From contig NC_134030.1 of the NCBI RefSeq assembly GCF_964204645.1, positions 19,614,210-19,678,209 on the forward strand: a stretch of DNA of 64,000 nt, written 5' to 3'. A program made the position numbers and the translations under genes. Numbering within the stretch: the stretch's first letter is position 1; every line of letters starts with the position of its first letter. Source of the stretch: Tubulanus polymorphus. Lineage: Eukaryota; Animalia; Nemertea. Of this stretch, positions 39,795-51,740 are shown in pieces. A model generated the notes under the pieces. That model made no database searches. It was not told the origin of the DNA and saw only the letters and a list, made by a program, of their open reading frames with translations.

Positions 39795-41289
39795 TTATGA
39801 ATGAAGGTCAACGATACTTGCTGACTGTCCGAGGGTGTACTGACTATCCAAGAGTTATATGACTGTCTGTAAGTGTCCATACTGTCGGATAGTGTTCCGA
39901 CTGTCAGAAAGTACCAAGGTCTGAGAGTGTACAGACTGTCTAATAGTGTATTCGACTAGAATAAATGTGTTTGTTCGGTAAAAATAAATAATCTTTAAAT
40001 TCATATATTTCGAGAATGAATTTTCCTTCGTGCACAGGGAGAATTGAATCGAACCAAATTTGTTCATCCAGAAAATAAACGAAATTAGTCATTCAATTCT
40101 GGAAATTGGCAAATCAATTCTCCTGGTAAAACTGCAGAATACAGCTTACAACATCATCGCTTAGAGCTAATTCGAAGCTTGTATACGCTCCACTTACATT
40201 GCATCCCGGATAGATAGCTTTATTTTCATTAGTTTAGTTTTCGGCAAGCTAGTTATTCGTGTCCTTAGACTTGATCTCTACATTGTCTCACGAATTTGTT
40301 AGCTGTATTTTGAACACTTATAGTAACCCTAACACCTCTAGTCCGGCAATGTGATTCTACTAGAATTTGCCAGGTGTCGCCAGTGGTTAATCATAGATGT
40401 GAAAACTCATTTCGACGAACTGTAACTGATTCCGTGTGTCTGGGGCTGAACGGGGAGCTGCCATTTACTTTGGCAATCGAGGATTCCACTTTTGGCATGC
40501 AGAGATTGATCAGGTTCGCTAGTAGTAACTCGATCTTCCGCGTTCAATTTCTTATACATTTCAGTTAAACTTGAATGGACATTTTTCTTACATGAATCAG
40601 TATTTAAGAACTGTACCAATCACTTAGTAGAATTTAATGAATTTCAAGTATATTTGGCAGGCTCTGCGACAATGTGTGGACACGGGAGCCTAAATATTCG
40701 GTTCAAAGTTCATCTTTCAAAGTTCATGAAAGAGGAAATTATCATGACAACCTTAAGACCGAGTTATCGTCGGGCCATTTTGAAGGATAACCAGTCGTAG
40801 TTCCCATTCACCTGGGTCGGATCAAGGATTTTTTGAAGTCTGTGGCCCACTAAATAAAGAAGAGAAGACTTCCTGAATACAAGTTTTTGAATTTGTTTTT
40901 TGAGTACGAATGCAGTGACGCAAAACAGGCAACCAGTCAATAGGATGTTCACGTCGTTTTTCATGTCGGCACCGGGTGGCTATAATTTGAATTTCATCGA
41001 CCAAATTTTGAACTGGGTTTCGATTAATAAACGATGCTTTACTTCTTTACTAAGTTTAAAAAAATCGGTCGACAATTATGACCTCTAAGCTGTAAAAAAC
41101 GTCACTAGCGGTGGTGGCGTATTCAGACGCGGGTATATCTATATTTCACCTCTCGTCATAAGTTGAGTTGTGGGGTACAAATCATTGGGGTTGCGAATTA
41201 TTGATATGATGATTTATGTAGGTTAAGGAACTGTCAATCTTCATCAACCATTTTCTTAAGTTTATGACGGGTAAACGTGAAGTCAATGG

Positions 41290-42246
41290 TCATTTCACTG
41301 AATTTCTACAATGGATTTTCATGCAAAAATATTCACGAATTTCTCGTCCCAGTAAAAGATATATGTAAAAATTAACGACATAGTTACCAACTAATGACTG
41401 GACAAATATGCCATATAGGAATTCTCTCCATTCCGGTGAAATTGGTGAAAATGCAGTAATAGTGATCGGAAGTGTGAATATTGCAAATGCGAGTGAAACT
41501 GTTACAAGCATTATTGTCGTACGTTTTGATTTTGTAGTTTTCTGATCGGACGAAACCATTTTCGAACCTCCGAATATTAACTGAATTATTATGACAGAAT
41601 TCGATGTTAGAATCAAAGATAAAGGCACAAGGAAAACGTGGATGCTACTTATACTGAAAAGAATCATTTGGTCAGATAATTTATAGTAACATCCGAAAAA
41701 CTGTTGGTCGGAAACGTACATCGAAAAAATAGGTGTGAGACATAGAATCAGGAAATTAACTGCAGTAATTATCAATATTGTAAATCTAGCGAATTTAGGT
41801 GTACATATCAAACGAGATGTGAACGGGAAGAGAACAACTGCCGCACGTTCTAGAGTTATTGCTACTATCAACCACGAACTATTGAATGATGAAAACGCCG
41901 TAACAAATTCATATATTTGGCAAGTGAGCACTGAATTCATGATGAATATAGGGTCGTCCTTAACATAGAAGAGAACAAACTGTAAAACAGGCATCAGCGT
42001 AAAACTGATACAGAACGTGAAGTCACTGAGTGACAAAACGATCAGATAGTTAGCGTAAGATAAACCGCGAAATCTGCGGCTTATCATTATCAGGAAAGTA
42101 GCTGAATTTCCGAAGGTTCCAAACAGAAACACGATAGGCAGAATGATCAGTGTTACAGTACGGTAGATTCCAGACCTGTGTACAACAGACATGAGAAGCA
42201 TGTAACTGGTATAGGCTCGACCGATTTGCATCTGAGTTGAATTCAT
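41290..42246 (-). CDS. Orphan class A GPCR, GPCR2b (duplicate of 7011-7967)
   Basis: 318 aa; 3 amino-acid differences from GPCR2a. Confidence 0.9.
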   Translation of the reverse strand: MNSTQMQIGRAYTSYMLLMSVVHRSGIYRTVTLIILPIVFLFGTFGNSATFLIMISRRFRGLSYANYLIVLSLSDFTFCISFTLMPVLQFVLFYVKDDPIFIMNSVLTCQIYEFVTAFSSFNSSWLIVAITLERAAVVLFPFTSRLICTPKFARFTILIITAVNFLILCLTPIFSMYVSDQQFFGCYYKLSDQMILFSISSIHVFLVPLSLILTSNSVIIIQLIFGGSKMVSSDQKTTKSKRTTIMLVTVSLAFAIFTLPITITAFSPISPEWREFLYGIFVQSLVGNYVVNFYIYLLLGREIREYFCMKIHCRNSVK

Positions 42247-42263
42247 GATTCAAGAGATCAAAT

Positions 42264-42870
42264 GAGAGTGTACTGACTGACTGTGATAGTGTACTACGTA
42301 TACTTAACTTTTATGGAAGTGCACTGACTTGCTCATAGTGTACGGTACAGCTTAGAATTAACCATGGACGGTAAATAAACGCTAAGGATGTTAAGTTAAT
42401 TCTAAGCTGTACCGTACTGACTGTCCGAGTGTGGGCCGACTGTCTGAGAGTGTACAGACTGTCTGAGAGTGTACAGACTGTCTGAGAGTGTACTGACTGT
42501 CTGAGAGTGTACTGACTGTCTGAGAGTGTAGCGACTGACTGAGAGTGTACTGACTGTCTGAGAGTGTGCTAGCTGCCTGAGAGTGTAGCGACTGACTGAG
42601 TGTGCTGACTATCTGAGAGTGTAGCGACTGACTGAGTGTGCTGACTATCTGAGAGTGAAGCGATGACTGAGAATGTACAGACTGTCTGAAAGTGTGCTAG
42701 CTGCCTAAGAGTGTAGCGACTGACTGAGTGTGCTGACTATCTGAGAGTGTAGCGACTGACTGAGTGTGCTGACTGTCTGAGAGTGTAGCGACTGACTGAG
42801 TGTGCTGACTGTCTGAGAGTGTAGCGACTGACTGAGAATTTGCTGACAGTCTGATAATGCACTGAATGTT
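42264..42870. repeat. Minisatellite with embedded mini-MITE (duplicate of 7985-8590)
   Basis: Same units as copy A. Confidence 0.9.
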
Positions 42871-43206
42871 TGAGAATGTTCTCATCTATTGGAAACTTAA
42901 TTCAACTACATAGACTAGATATACAATTCTTTATTACAGCTACAACTGCAGCTACTTTATTGTTAACGGTGAACAATACGAAATCCGTTCTTAGAAATCT
43001 GAAATTTGTGAAAGTTTATTATTGTGTAAAATATTAATGTAACTAAATTAAATGTGAATATTCGTTGTTCAAGAATTCATTGTAAGTGATAAAATATCTC
43101 ATAGTAGAACATCAGATTATGTTCTATACAGGGAAATCACAGGTCACCCAATAGCACCGTTCACTAGTTGTACTGTGGTGAGTGACTTAACAGGCCGCAC
43201 TGGCTA

Positions 43207-43752
43207 TGTCGAGTGGTAGTTTAGTAGTTTAGACCGTTATGTACGGAAGCTGGAGTTTATGGCCAGTATCGCCATTAGCAAACTCTCCGCATTGATATTT
43301 GCGTAACACATAAAACAATGAATAGTTATATAGATAGTCTGGGAATGACGTAGGTACCCGCGTAGGGAAACCCAAATATGGCGCAGCTCTGAGCATCTCA
43401 GAGTGCAAAAGGTATTTGTAGAATTGTGTGGGTACGTAAACACTCCATACATGGGTTGGTGGAATGTTATGACGTATATATGCGTCACAATCCGTAATAC
43501 CGAACCATGCGTGGTAAAGAGACTGCACACGTTACGAAACAGTAAACGATATGAAAGGGGAGGGTTTTTAGTTGGGTTTTAGGCTAGACAGAAAGGAGTC
43601 GCAGTTTAGCTTTGGGAAGAGATTGTAGTTAGAAAAGAGAGGAAAGGCAAGAACTGTATATAACCAACGACACAAGTAAGAAGATTTACCAACACTGCAC
43701 ACAACACTGGTTGACATTCAGCAACCATAAAAATTGCCGGAGAACCATAACC
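43207..43752 (+). mobile_element. Degenerate solo LTR (duplicate of 8926-9471)
   Basis: Collinear copy with GCTA flanks. Confidence 0.6.
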
Positions 43753-44829
43753 GCTATCGGAAGAAAATGTCACGCTTCTCCGTGAAAGAATTGTTTGACT
43801 TAATATTTATTAAATATTGCGTCTACAATTTGATGAAAATTTGATGAATATCGTTTATGATTAAAAAAAAGATTTGAAAATTTTTCGTCATTATCTTACG
43901 GTGGTTCACATTAAAACAACGCTCTTGACAAAACTAAGTTACCTAAACGTACAACTTGTTTAGGACGTTTGAAAAGGTACATGTACCATTCCTGGGTTCC
44001 TGTTGGATTTTCTGGTAAATGCGATGAAATTGACTCATTGATACGAGGTCTAACTTTTTGCACAGTTTTTATATAATTATTTGTCGCCTGATCTTTTTTT
44101 TGAAAATAGAAGAATCAGATTATCAAATTTGATAAGACTCGCATATTTTTTTTCTCGTACCATTTCATTTTCAGGTAATCTCAAACCATTTTCAAATCAA
44201 ATTACACCGTTTTACTTTGTTTTGTCGCTGTGAGCTGTCTATTTTGATATCATCAGTATCATTTTGAAGTGATCTGGCACTTGCTACTTTCGAAGTCACT
44301 AGACGCCATTACATACTGAAATCACCTCATTCAGTTTTGAAGTCATCGCCTTCTTGAGATATCGTTCTGCACAATACACCGCGTATAGTCAAAAATGATC
44401 GTTTCTTGCGTTTCTGAATGCGTACAATAATCAGTGAAGTTAGATTGCAGGTTAACTATATTGCAGCAGTAGTTAACCTGCCGTACATTCTAGTCTCACA
44501 ATAGCAGTTTCAACCTCAGGCTCGGTCTGCAGTTGCCAGTTATTTGCAAGTTGCCAAGTAATCGAAAATAAAGAGAATCTATCGGACTTTTATAAGCTAG
44601 AAATTGATTGATTTAAACGCGAAATAACGATAACGATAGTGAGTGCTTTAGATATTTAAGTACCGGGTACACCGAATTTGTTAAAAACGTATTCAAATAG
44701 AGAATGATTTTGCTTTCTTTCAGTATTTGGATCCTGAATATCCAACGTAAACGCTTTCGTGTCAAAAGAATAAAAAAAACGATTTGTATACTTGATAGTA
44801 AACTTGTTGATTTGCAGTATGAGCTTTTG

Positions 44830-45472
44830 TGTTGTGCAGATAGTTTAGTAGTTTAGATAAATGTACAGAAGCTGGGGTTCATGGCCAGTGTTGTTATTGC
44901 CGGATAACCTACGATGATGCGTACGTCATACATAGACATAAATACGTAGAAGTAATATAAATAAACAAGTCTGGAAGTGACGTATGTGTCTACGTAGGTA
45001 AACCTAATATGGCGCGGCCATGGACTCTGATGAGTGCAAAAGGATATTTATTGATAATTGTGACGTGTGCAGATACGGCATCACCCATACATGGATGGGA
45101 GGAATGTTGTGACGTATGAATACGTCACAATCCATGAATTCGAGGCCATGTGTGGGAGAGGGCCTGCACACGTTACTAAAGATAAAATAATATAAAAGGG
45201 TTTAAGAAAGCTTTAGAGGGAGGCTGGAGAGAAGAGGTTTTAGAGAGAGCTCCGGGGAATGATCTTGTATACATCTGGTAAGAGAAAATAAACGAAAAGA
45301 TAACTTAAGAAATTGTCAAGTTATATCCGGGAGTCGTGTAAGAAAGTCAAGACCAAGAACTGAGATCTGATCTCAGAGAGTGTCCCTCGCAACATCGTCG
45401 AGAGAAATCATTACCACAACACTGGTAGATATACGCGACCATAACATTGGTGGAGAATCCATACCCACAACA
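44830..45472 (+). mobile_element. Solo LTR (duplicate of 10562-11201)
   Basis: TGTTGTG...CACAACA termini and TTTG TSD. Confidence 0.85.
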
Positions 45473-45671
45473 TTTGCTGCTGTTGTTCTTTATCAGGGGA
45501 AGAATTGTAAAATATGAAATAAACGCTTCGACTATATCCTAATAGTCAGGAATAATGATTATTCCTAAAGATGACTATTAGGATATTTATTGTTGATTTG
45601 CAGCATTCGCATCTGTTGTAAAGAAGCTTCACCAGGGGAATGTTCGTAAAATATAACATTTACGCCCTGAT

Positions 45672-46634
45672 TTAAGTGCTAATTTTTTTCAATAAATGAA
45701 ACAACATATTTCTAAATTGTTTGTTGACGATTGTATAGAGTGTAAAATTTACGCATGAATTTATGATTGATGTCATCTGATAAATGTGATGAAATACATC
45801 CTTGTAAAAAAATACATCAGCTTTCCCGATTTTACCGAGCGAATCGGGCAGTTCTAGAATAGTAAATACAATACTCATCGTAAGCACCATTTTAGTGGCT
45901 TTCTTTTCATTTTGAGCTGTCGAGGTTTTGGACACCGAGAGAGTTTCGCGTTCCTTTCTTTTGACGTATAAGACGACAATAAGAGCGATGTTCGCTGCGA
46001 AAACTAAAATATTTGAAATGATAACGCGGATAATTGGGTCTATATATCCGTTCATTATGTCATAAATTCGTTTGAGGATTCCTGGCATGTAAAGCATGTA
46101 ATGAACAAATCGGAATTCTTTAAATGCACTTGCCTTTTTGACTCTCAACGTAATAGGGTAGTAAGATCCTAGAGCCATCGATGATATACCTGTTATGATG
46201 ACGAGTGGTTTTAAGCTGCTTTTTACGCGTAAGGGAAAAGTAATAGTAACCAATCTTTCGCATTGAATTATGACGGTTAAAAAGTTACGATAGACCTGGA
46301 ATCCTTTGACGAGCATACTTCCCCATATCGTCAAGTTTACCGGGGAAATTCTGTCGTTGGGAAATTTCTTGATCGAGTCGCCGTACCGCGCGTAGTGAAT
46401 ATGAAAGCGAACCGAGTTTGCGATGAGATATGCCAACAAAAACATGATGTCGACGAGCGCGAGGATTTTCAGTAAATCGAAGCAGCGGTTTTTAGTTTTC
46501 AGCTTGTGAAATACGGTTATAACCATCACATTGAATGTCACGCCGACTACGAGTAGTGGAGGCATGATGTACCCCATCTGGATCCATTTAAACTCCCAAA
46601 TTAGGTTGTAAACGTAGACTACAGTTATGTTCAT
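45672..46634 (-). CDS. Orphan class A GPCR, GPCR3b (duplicate of 11401-12363)
   Basis: 320 aa; 4 amino-acid differences from GPCR3a. Confidence 0.88.
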   Translation of the reverse strand: MNITVVYVYNLIWEFKWIQMGYIMPPLLVVGVTFNVMVITVFHKLKTKNRCFDLLKILALVDIMFLLAYLIANSVRFHIHYARYGDSIKKFPNDRISPVNLTIWGSMLVKGFQVYRNFLTVIIQCERLVTITFPLRVKSSLKPLVIITGISSMALGSYYPITLRVKKASAFKEFRFVHYMLYMPGILKRIYDIMNGYIDPIIRVIISNILVFAANIALIVVLYVKRKERETLSVSKTSTAQNEKKATKMVLTMSIVFTILELPDSLGKIGKADVFFYKDVFHHIYQMTSIINSCVNFTLYTIVNKQFRNMLFHLLKKIST

Positions 46635-48355
46635 TATTTTCGAACGGTCTGGTTGGTCAGCAGCATATGCCTTACCCTACCAAACGCGTCTAAACTGATA
46701 TACTCGCATTAGTTTCGATTTGTAAGGCGATACTTTATCAGATTTACGCTAATTTGTGTCGGAAAACCTATTGTCTGAACGCGAACTCTCTAAATGAATT
46801 TCTATTAAATCAATAGCACGGCAGACTAACAGGTGTCTGGTGTGCATTCAGAACTTATATAAGGACGAGGTTTGAACCGTGACGACATGTTGATTAACCC
46901 TTTCTTCACGTGTGACCCGCAGTTCGGGTCATTTGAAATTAAACAAAATTCGGAATACGCCCATAACATATCTGCCCAGAATACCTTCATTCGAAATCCC
47001 ACACTCAGGATCCCTCGACCCAGAATACCCTCATACATATGTGTCCAAAAAACCTCCGTCCGGAATTTTAAAACAATGCTTCCATCTATAATTCACCAGT
47101 ATCGACTAAATCAAAATAATGCAGTTGATATTTGTGCATTTTTTATTTTTTTCAAGTTCTTTTACCATTTCTCTCTCTCTCTCTCATCTAATCAAACATT
47201 TCTTCAATCATCCGATTAACGCTAGAAATCTTCTCTCTCATTTAGTTGGGCAACGTGAAATTCCGAATGGTCTTGAAAAGATTAAGAATGTTTTTTCACA
47301 ATTTTGTATGTCCCAAGGCACTTTTTTGTAATCTGTTGTCAGTGCTGCTGTCGTGAAATGATGCTGTTTGGTAGCGTGAGGTTTTCAACAGTTTATAAAT
47401 TAGTTTATCATATCTTTTTCCTCCTATAGAAGGGGGCCACCTTCGTAGCAAACCAATTTGTTATAACTACACTAGTACTCCGGTGCCTGCGTGTTCGAAT
47501 CCCGATTTTATTTACTCAGAAGCACAACGCTTTCGCGCATGCGCCTAGAGGTATGTATATCAGAACCACGTCTGAGAAATAGGGCTTAACATCTAAAATT
47601 AAGCTTCCAAGTAACGGTACTTACACTGGCTATCGCGAACGTGCAGCCCAATTGAAAACTCATTTCAGTTCGTGTCACCTGCTCTAGGACCAAATCCTGG
47701 ACTGCCATTTATCATGGCGACCATCAGCGATAGTCCAGTCAGGGCCAACTTCAGTTATCTGAGTTAGTCGACTATAGTCGAACTAAGTAAGTGAAACCAA
47801 ATTTCAATAAGTCGGAACTATATTTCGGAAATAGTTCGGAAATTAAGCGCATTCGGTTATTGATTCCGACCACTAGTCGACTAGATACGAAAACCCAATG
47901 TAGCCCTTGCTACCCACTAAATCGAACATCCCCGAAACATTTATTCATGAAACGGAAGATACGTATTAGCCTGGATTTTCTTTATTAGATTGATAGCCCT
48001 GCCCCCTGGGAAAAAACTGTGTTTAATGATGCTGTAGATAGTCCACTTCATAAAGGCGACGCAAAAATCTTCTTTGTTTCTTGCGCGCTTTGATCGTCGA
48101 CAATTCGAAGTCGATCAGAATGAATTGTAAAGTACTGGCATCAACCTACAAAATAGAAAATCAGTCACAGCAAAATGATGACCAGGTTCGTCCTAGTTTG
48201 ATTTGTGGAAATCAGGAGTTAGTTTTACTACTATCACCAATAGTAGATACAATATAACATGTAGTGTGACGATACACTTTCAATTGCAGACCTTTCCTTA
48301 ACCACCTAGTTGATTTAGACGAGTATATCGCACTCTTAAATCTGTACATTGTGTG

Positions 48356-48601
48356 TAGAGAGAATCCCACAATGATAAGGAAAAAGTCCGAAAATGTAAC
48401 TTTGAGATAGTAGTTTATTCAACGTTTCGACTATATCCTAATAGTCAGGAATAATGATCATTCCTGAAGATGACTATTAGGATATAGTCGAAACGTTGAA
48501 TAAACTTCGATCTCAAAGTTACATATTCGGACTTTTTCCTTATCATTGTGGGATTCTCTCTACATCGCGTCAACACGGATATAGTGTTCTACCAATCGTG
48601 A
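48356..48601. mobile_element. Penelope-like non-autonomous insertion with inverted pseudo-LTR and 14-bp TSD
   Basis: Direct repeat CTGTACATTGTGTG at 48342-48355 and 48602-48615, a ~210-bp foldback at 48354-48564, and a hammerhead core. Confidence 0.8.
48460..48501 (+). ncRNA. Minimal type I hammerhead ribozyme (Penelope-type)
   Basis: Stem I ATTC/GAAT, core CTGAAGA-T, stem II GACTAT/ATAGTC, GAAA, palindromic stem III AACGTT. Predicted cleavage after GUU at 48497. Confidence 0.72.
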
Positions 48602-48769
48602 CTGTACATTGTGTGCTGTCCTTCCAACTCTGATACCTGTATTAGAATGGGTTTGAGTGAAAATAAATGAATACAAATAAATAAGTAGTCTTGAGCCAAG
48701 TTGGACAATGCGTGATGATGTTACATTCAGTGCTCAGCGACAAGCGGATTTTAGTTCTACCAGCTGCTA

Positions 48770-49845
48770 CTAATGTGCTGGCAACACCACATATACCGTG
48801 GTCCTGTCGTGAGGTTGAGTGAACAATCTAATAGGATAGTCTTGCTAAGGTCCAAACAACGAAAAACAAACCAAACAAACAGAGGAGGTACGGAACTAAT
48901 AAATGCTGCTTACCAGTGAACGCCGATTGACTGTTTCATTATCCGCCGGAGGATGTTCACATTCCAGATTAAACCCTTCACAAGACACTATACTCAGAGC
49001 ATCACCAGTCATCCCTACGCCGTCGTGCTGAGCGTTTCTACTGAGGTCGAAACCTATCTGATCACAGTGTCCACATCGAGACGCCACGGATTTAGAGAAG
49101 CATTCGAGTGGAGACGTCGCACAAATTCCATACTGTCCATGTAAAGTATACGAGAATCAAATTGCGACATCTAGACAATATTGTGCAGTTTCACATTCCC
49201 CCAACTCCCTGCCTCAATACGTGATGTTTGTATTTCAGCGTATATCGAAAATATATCGGGGGAAGTGAATAAAATCTCGACGAACCTTGTTATTTGCAGA
49301 GTGTGGATTATCAAGGTTTGCATTGTCCGGCTTGCCTAGGGTTGCATTGTCTGGCTTGCCTAGGGTTGCATTGTCCGGCTTGCCAAGGGTTGCATTGTCT
49401 GGCTTGCCAATGGTTGTATTGTCCGGCTTGCCAAGGGTTGCATTGTCTGGCTTGTCTAGGATTGCATTGTCTGGCTTGCCTAAGGTTGCATTGTCTGGCT
49501 TGCCTAGGGTTGCATTGTCTGGCTTGCCAATGGTTGTATTGTCTGGCTTGCCTAGGGTTGCATTTTCAGGTTTTCCTTGGGTTCCCGGGCCCAGCTGGCC
49601 TACAGTTGCAGGGTACAGCAGGCTATACATTAAACATCCGAAAATTATGATAGTCCTATAATTGAATAAATTAGAATGATAGGCAAATAGGCAAAATCGG
49701 AATAACCTTTGACAGATCAACAGCGAGATGCAGTAGGATTATATCGAAGCAGAACCTGAAAAAAAACATCTTTTTCGAAAACAATAATTATCTATAAACC
49801 CCGTACTCACGAGATCGGCATAGACCTACATTCTTACCTTATCAT
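48770..49845 (-). CDS. Orphan secreted glycoprotein (~223 aa): signal peptide, 11x KPDNATLG, Cys-rich domain; exons 49838-49845, 49286-49655, 48914-49132, ~48770-48844 (last exon uncertain)
   Basis: ATGATAAG|GTAAGA...TTATAG|G gives MIRTIIIFGCLMYSLLYPATVG-QLG. AAG|GTTCGT...GACAG|TAT leads into YGICATSPLECF..RCGHC..SCEGFNLEC, which ends at CTG|GTAAGC. TATA and Inr lie upstream. Confidence 0.68.
49310..49575. repeat. Coding 24-bp minisatellite, 11 units
   Basis: GGGTTGCATTGTCTGGCTTGCCTA-type units. Confidence 0.95.
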
Positions 49846-49927
49846 CTTTAAACGGGTAGCGATGTCACAAACTCCTATGCAGATTTTTCCTGAGACGAGA
49901 AAGAATCCACGGGGGGAAATGAAATAT

Positions 49928-49962
49928 AAATGAAAGACTCTAACCGTGAGTCGGTATTTATA
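49928..49962 (-). promoter_or_regulatory. TATA box and initiator for the repeat glycoprotein gene
   Basis: TATAAATA at 49962-49955 and TCATTT at 49933-49928, placing TATA at -31 from the Inr A. Confidence 0.65.
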
Positions 49963-51740
49963 TCTACAAATCAGCGCATTTTACAAACGTGTTGAAATAC
50001 TCTTTAAGAGTATGTTTTGCCTGTCAGAAAAAAATTGATTGATCAGGAAAAAGCATAGAATTGTCGAACAAACAATAGGGATGATGTCCACTCGTTACAA
50101 TTCAGCAGAGTTCGAACAAGTGCTTCCCGCACTTGAAAATATACTTACGCATGGTGAATTACTCGAACAGAGAACAAATTCTCAAACAAAACCACGATTG
50201 TTTATCGAAGTGTTTCTGAAATAAGAAGTAAACATATGCTAGTGACATCGTATCGAATATTAGCGAAAAGCGTGAGAATATCACGTATGGTCAATAGCGT
50301 AGACTATATTTAGAACGTAAAACAATATTTGAATTGAGAGGAAGGAGAGATCGTCGATGAACGTGCAGTGAAAGGAAAAATTAATATATATATATAAGGT
50401 TGTTCTACCGCTTGAGCTACGTAGCCCGCTAACGCCAAAAACCATGCTGTAACATCTGTAGGTCGTCACTTTTGCAACAGAGAAATTGTTTTGGGGGTTC
50501 ATTGGAGGGCACGAACTAACGAAATAGGTGACGTTTTCTGGATGCCTGACGTCTATATTAGTACCCTGACAGAATTCCTGGATCTTTTTCACTTGAACAT
50601 CGGTCAGAGATCGCTGCAAACCTGTTGTATGACTAAGTTGTCGTGTGCCGGCGGCCGGGTGAAGCTACCGTGTCGTCGGGAGTAGGCCTACGCACTGAAA
50701 TGGTTTTCAGGGCCTTGGTCAATTCATCATTTTCAAGCCATGTTACTTTCATGTTCTAATATTATTTTTTCTTAAATATTTCAATATTGACGCCGTAAAC
50801 CGTAACAATAGATTACTATGTACGTACGTAGTTTGCATTCTACGTGAGTCGATGTGCACTACGTCATCATTATTTTGCGTTTCAAAATAACAATTACAAT
50901 TGTGAATGCTGGCATATCTTCCTTGCTTAAAGACCTTCTCCAAACATTACCTTGCGTCGTCGATTGTGTTATGTTGTATTGATAAGTCCCAATAATCACG
51001 ATGTACTAAAAGGAGCACCAGTTCCCAGAGTGTATCCGTTAATATGACAGAAATCGTTCCTGCTGTTGATGACATTAATTATGTTGTACATACTTTTAAA
51101 AAGATCTTAGAATACATCTATTACGAACAACCCTTATTTCATATTCGCTTCTCATTCTCGTATTGCAGGCGATATAGGTGGTTCTGTCGGGCTATCGCCG
51201 AGGTCATCTGTTTTATCGGGTCTCAGTTCTTGTATTGCTTGAAGCGGCTGCGATGAGTGCACGCCGATAAGCATGAACACAATATGACGTCACCGAGACA
51301 AACGTGAATCGGTTTCTTTCAAGGTCATTTTTTGTAAAATATAATGAAACTTTTAACTTGGTGAATTAAAGCGGTGAATCAAGGTATCAATTTTTTAGCT
51401 CAATCTTCTTACTCAGATATTACCTATTTTCAAAAATTCAAAACGAAACGATCTTTTTACAGCCACTTTGTAATTGTTCTTTTACTTGTTAATCAACCGA
51501 CATTAGCATTAATTAACATATTCATATTCGTTGAAATAATTCAATTATGTGAATCTACTTTTTTTCGGGGTTTATGACGAAACATTTGGCTATTATTCCC
51601 GTGATAGATGGAGCGAGCAGAACTGTGCATCCTGATTCAACCACTCGTGGATATTTTGAGATCGGGTTCGGTTAGGGCTCAATGAGGACGACAGTGAATA
51701 ATTACCTTAGGTTGTTTATTGAAGTGTTAGTCGCTTAGTT

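Larger units (their letters stand above)
34279..47162. repeat. Segmental duplication copy B (partner 1-~12920)
   Basis: Direct collinear match with copy A. Confidence 0.97.

Noticed and set aside
49133-49215. In-frame TGA upstream of the Cys-rich exon as possible selenocysteine
   Set aside because: A phase-compatible acceptor (GACAG|TAT at 49133/49132) places the TGA in the intron, and no SECIS was identified.
49310-49575. Neuropeptide precursor releasing PDNATL-amide at G-K sites
   Set aside because: Each Lys is monobasic and followed by Pro, which generally blocks convertase cleavage. The sequon pattern fits a glycosylated stalk better.
49287-49661. + strand ORFs (LSGLPRVA)n and Cys-rich (CLACLGLH)n
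   Set aside because: These are alternative readings of the 24-bp repeat. The signal peptide, splice sites and TATA/Inr all support the - strand frame.
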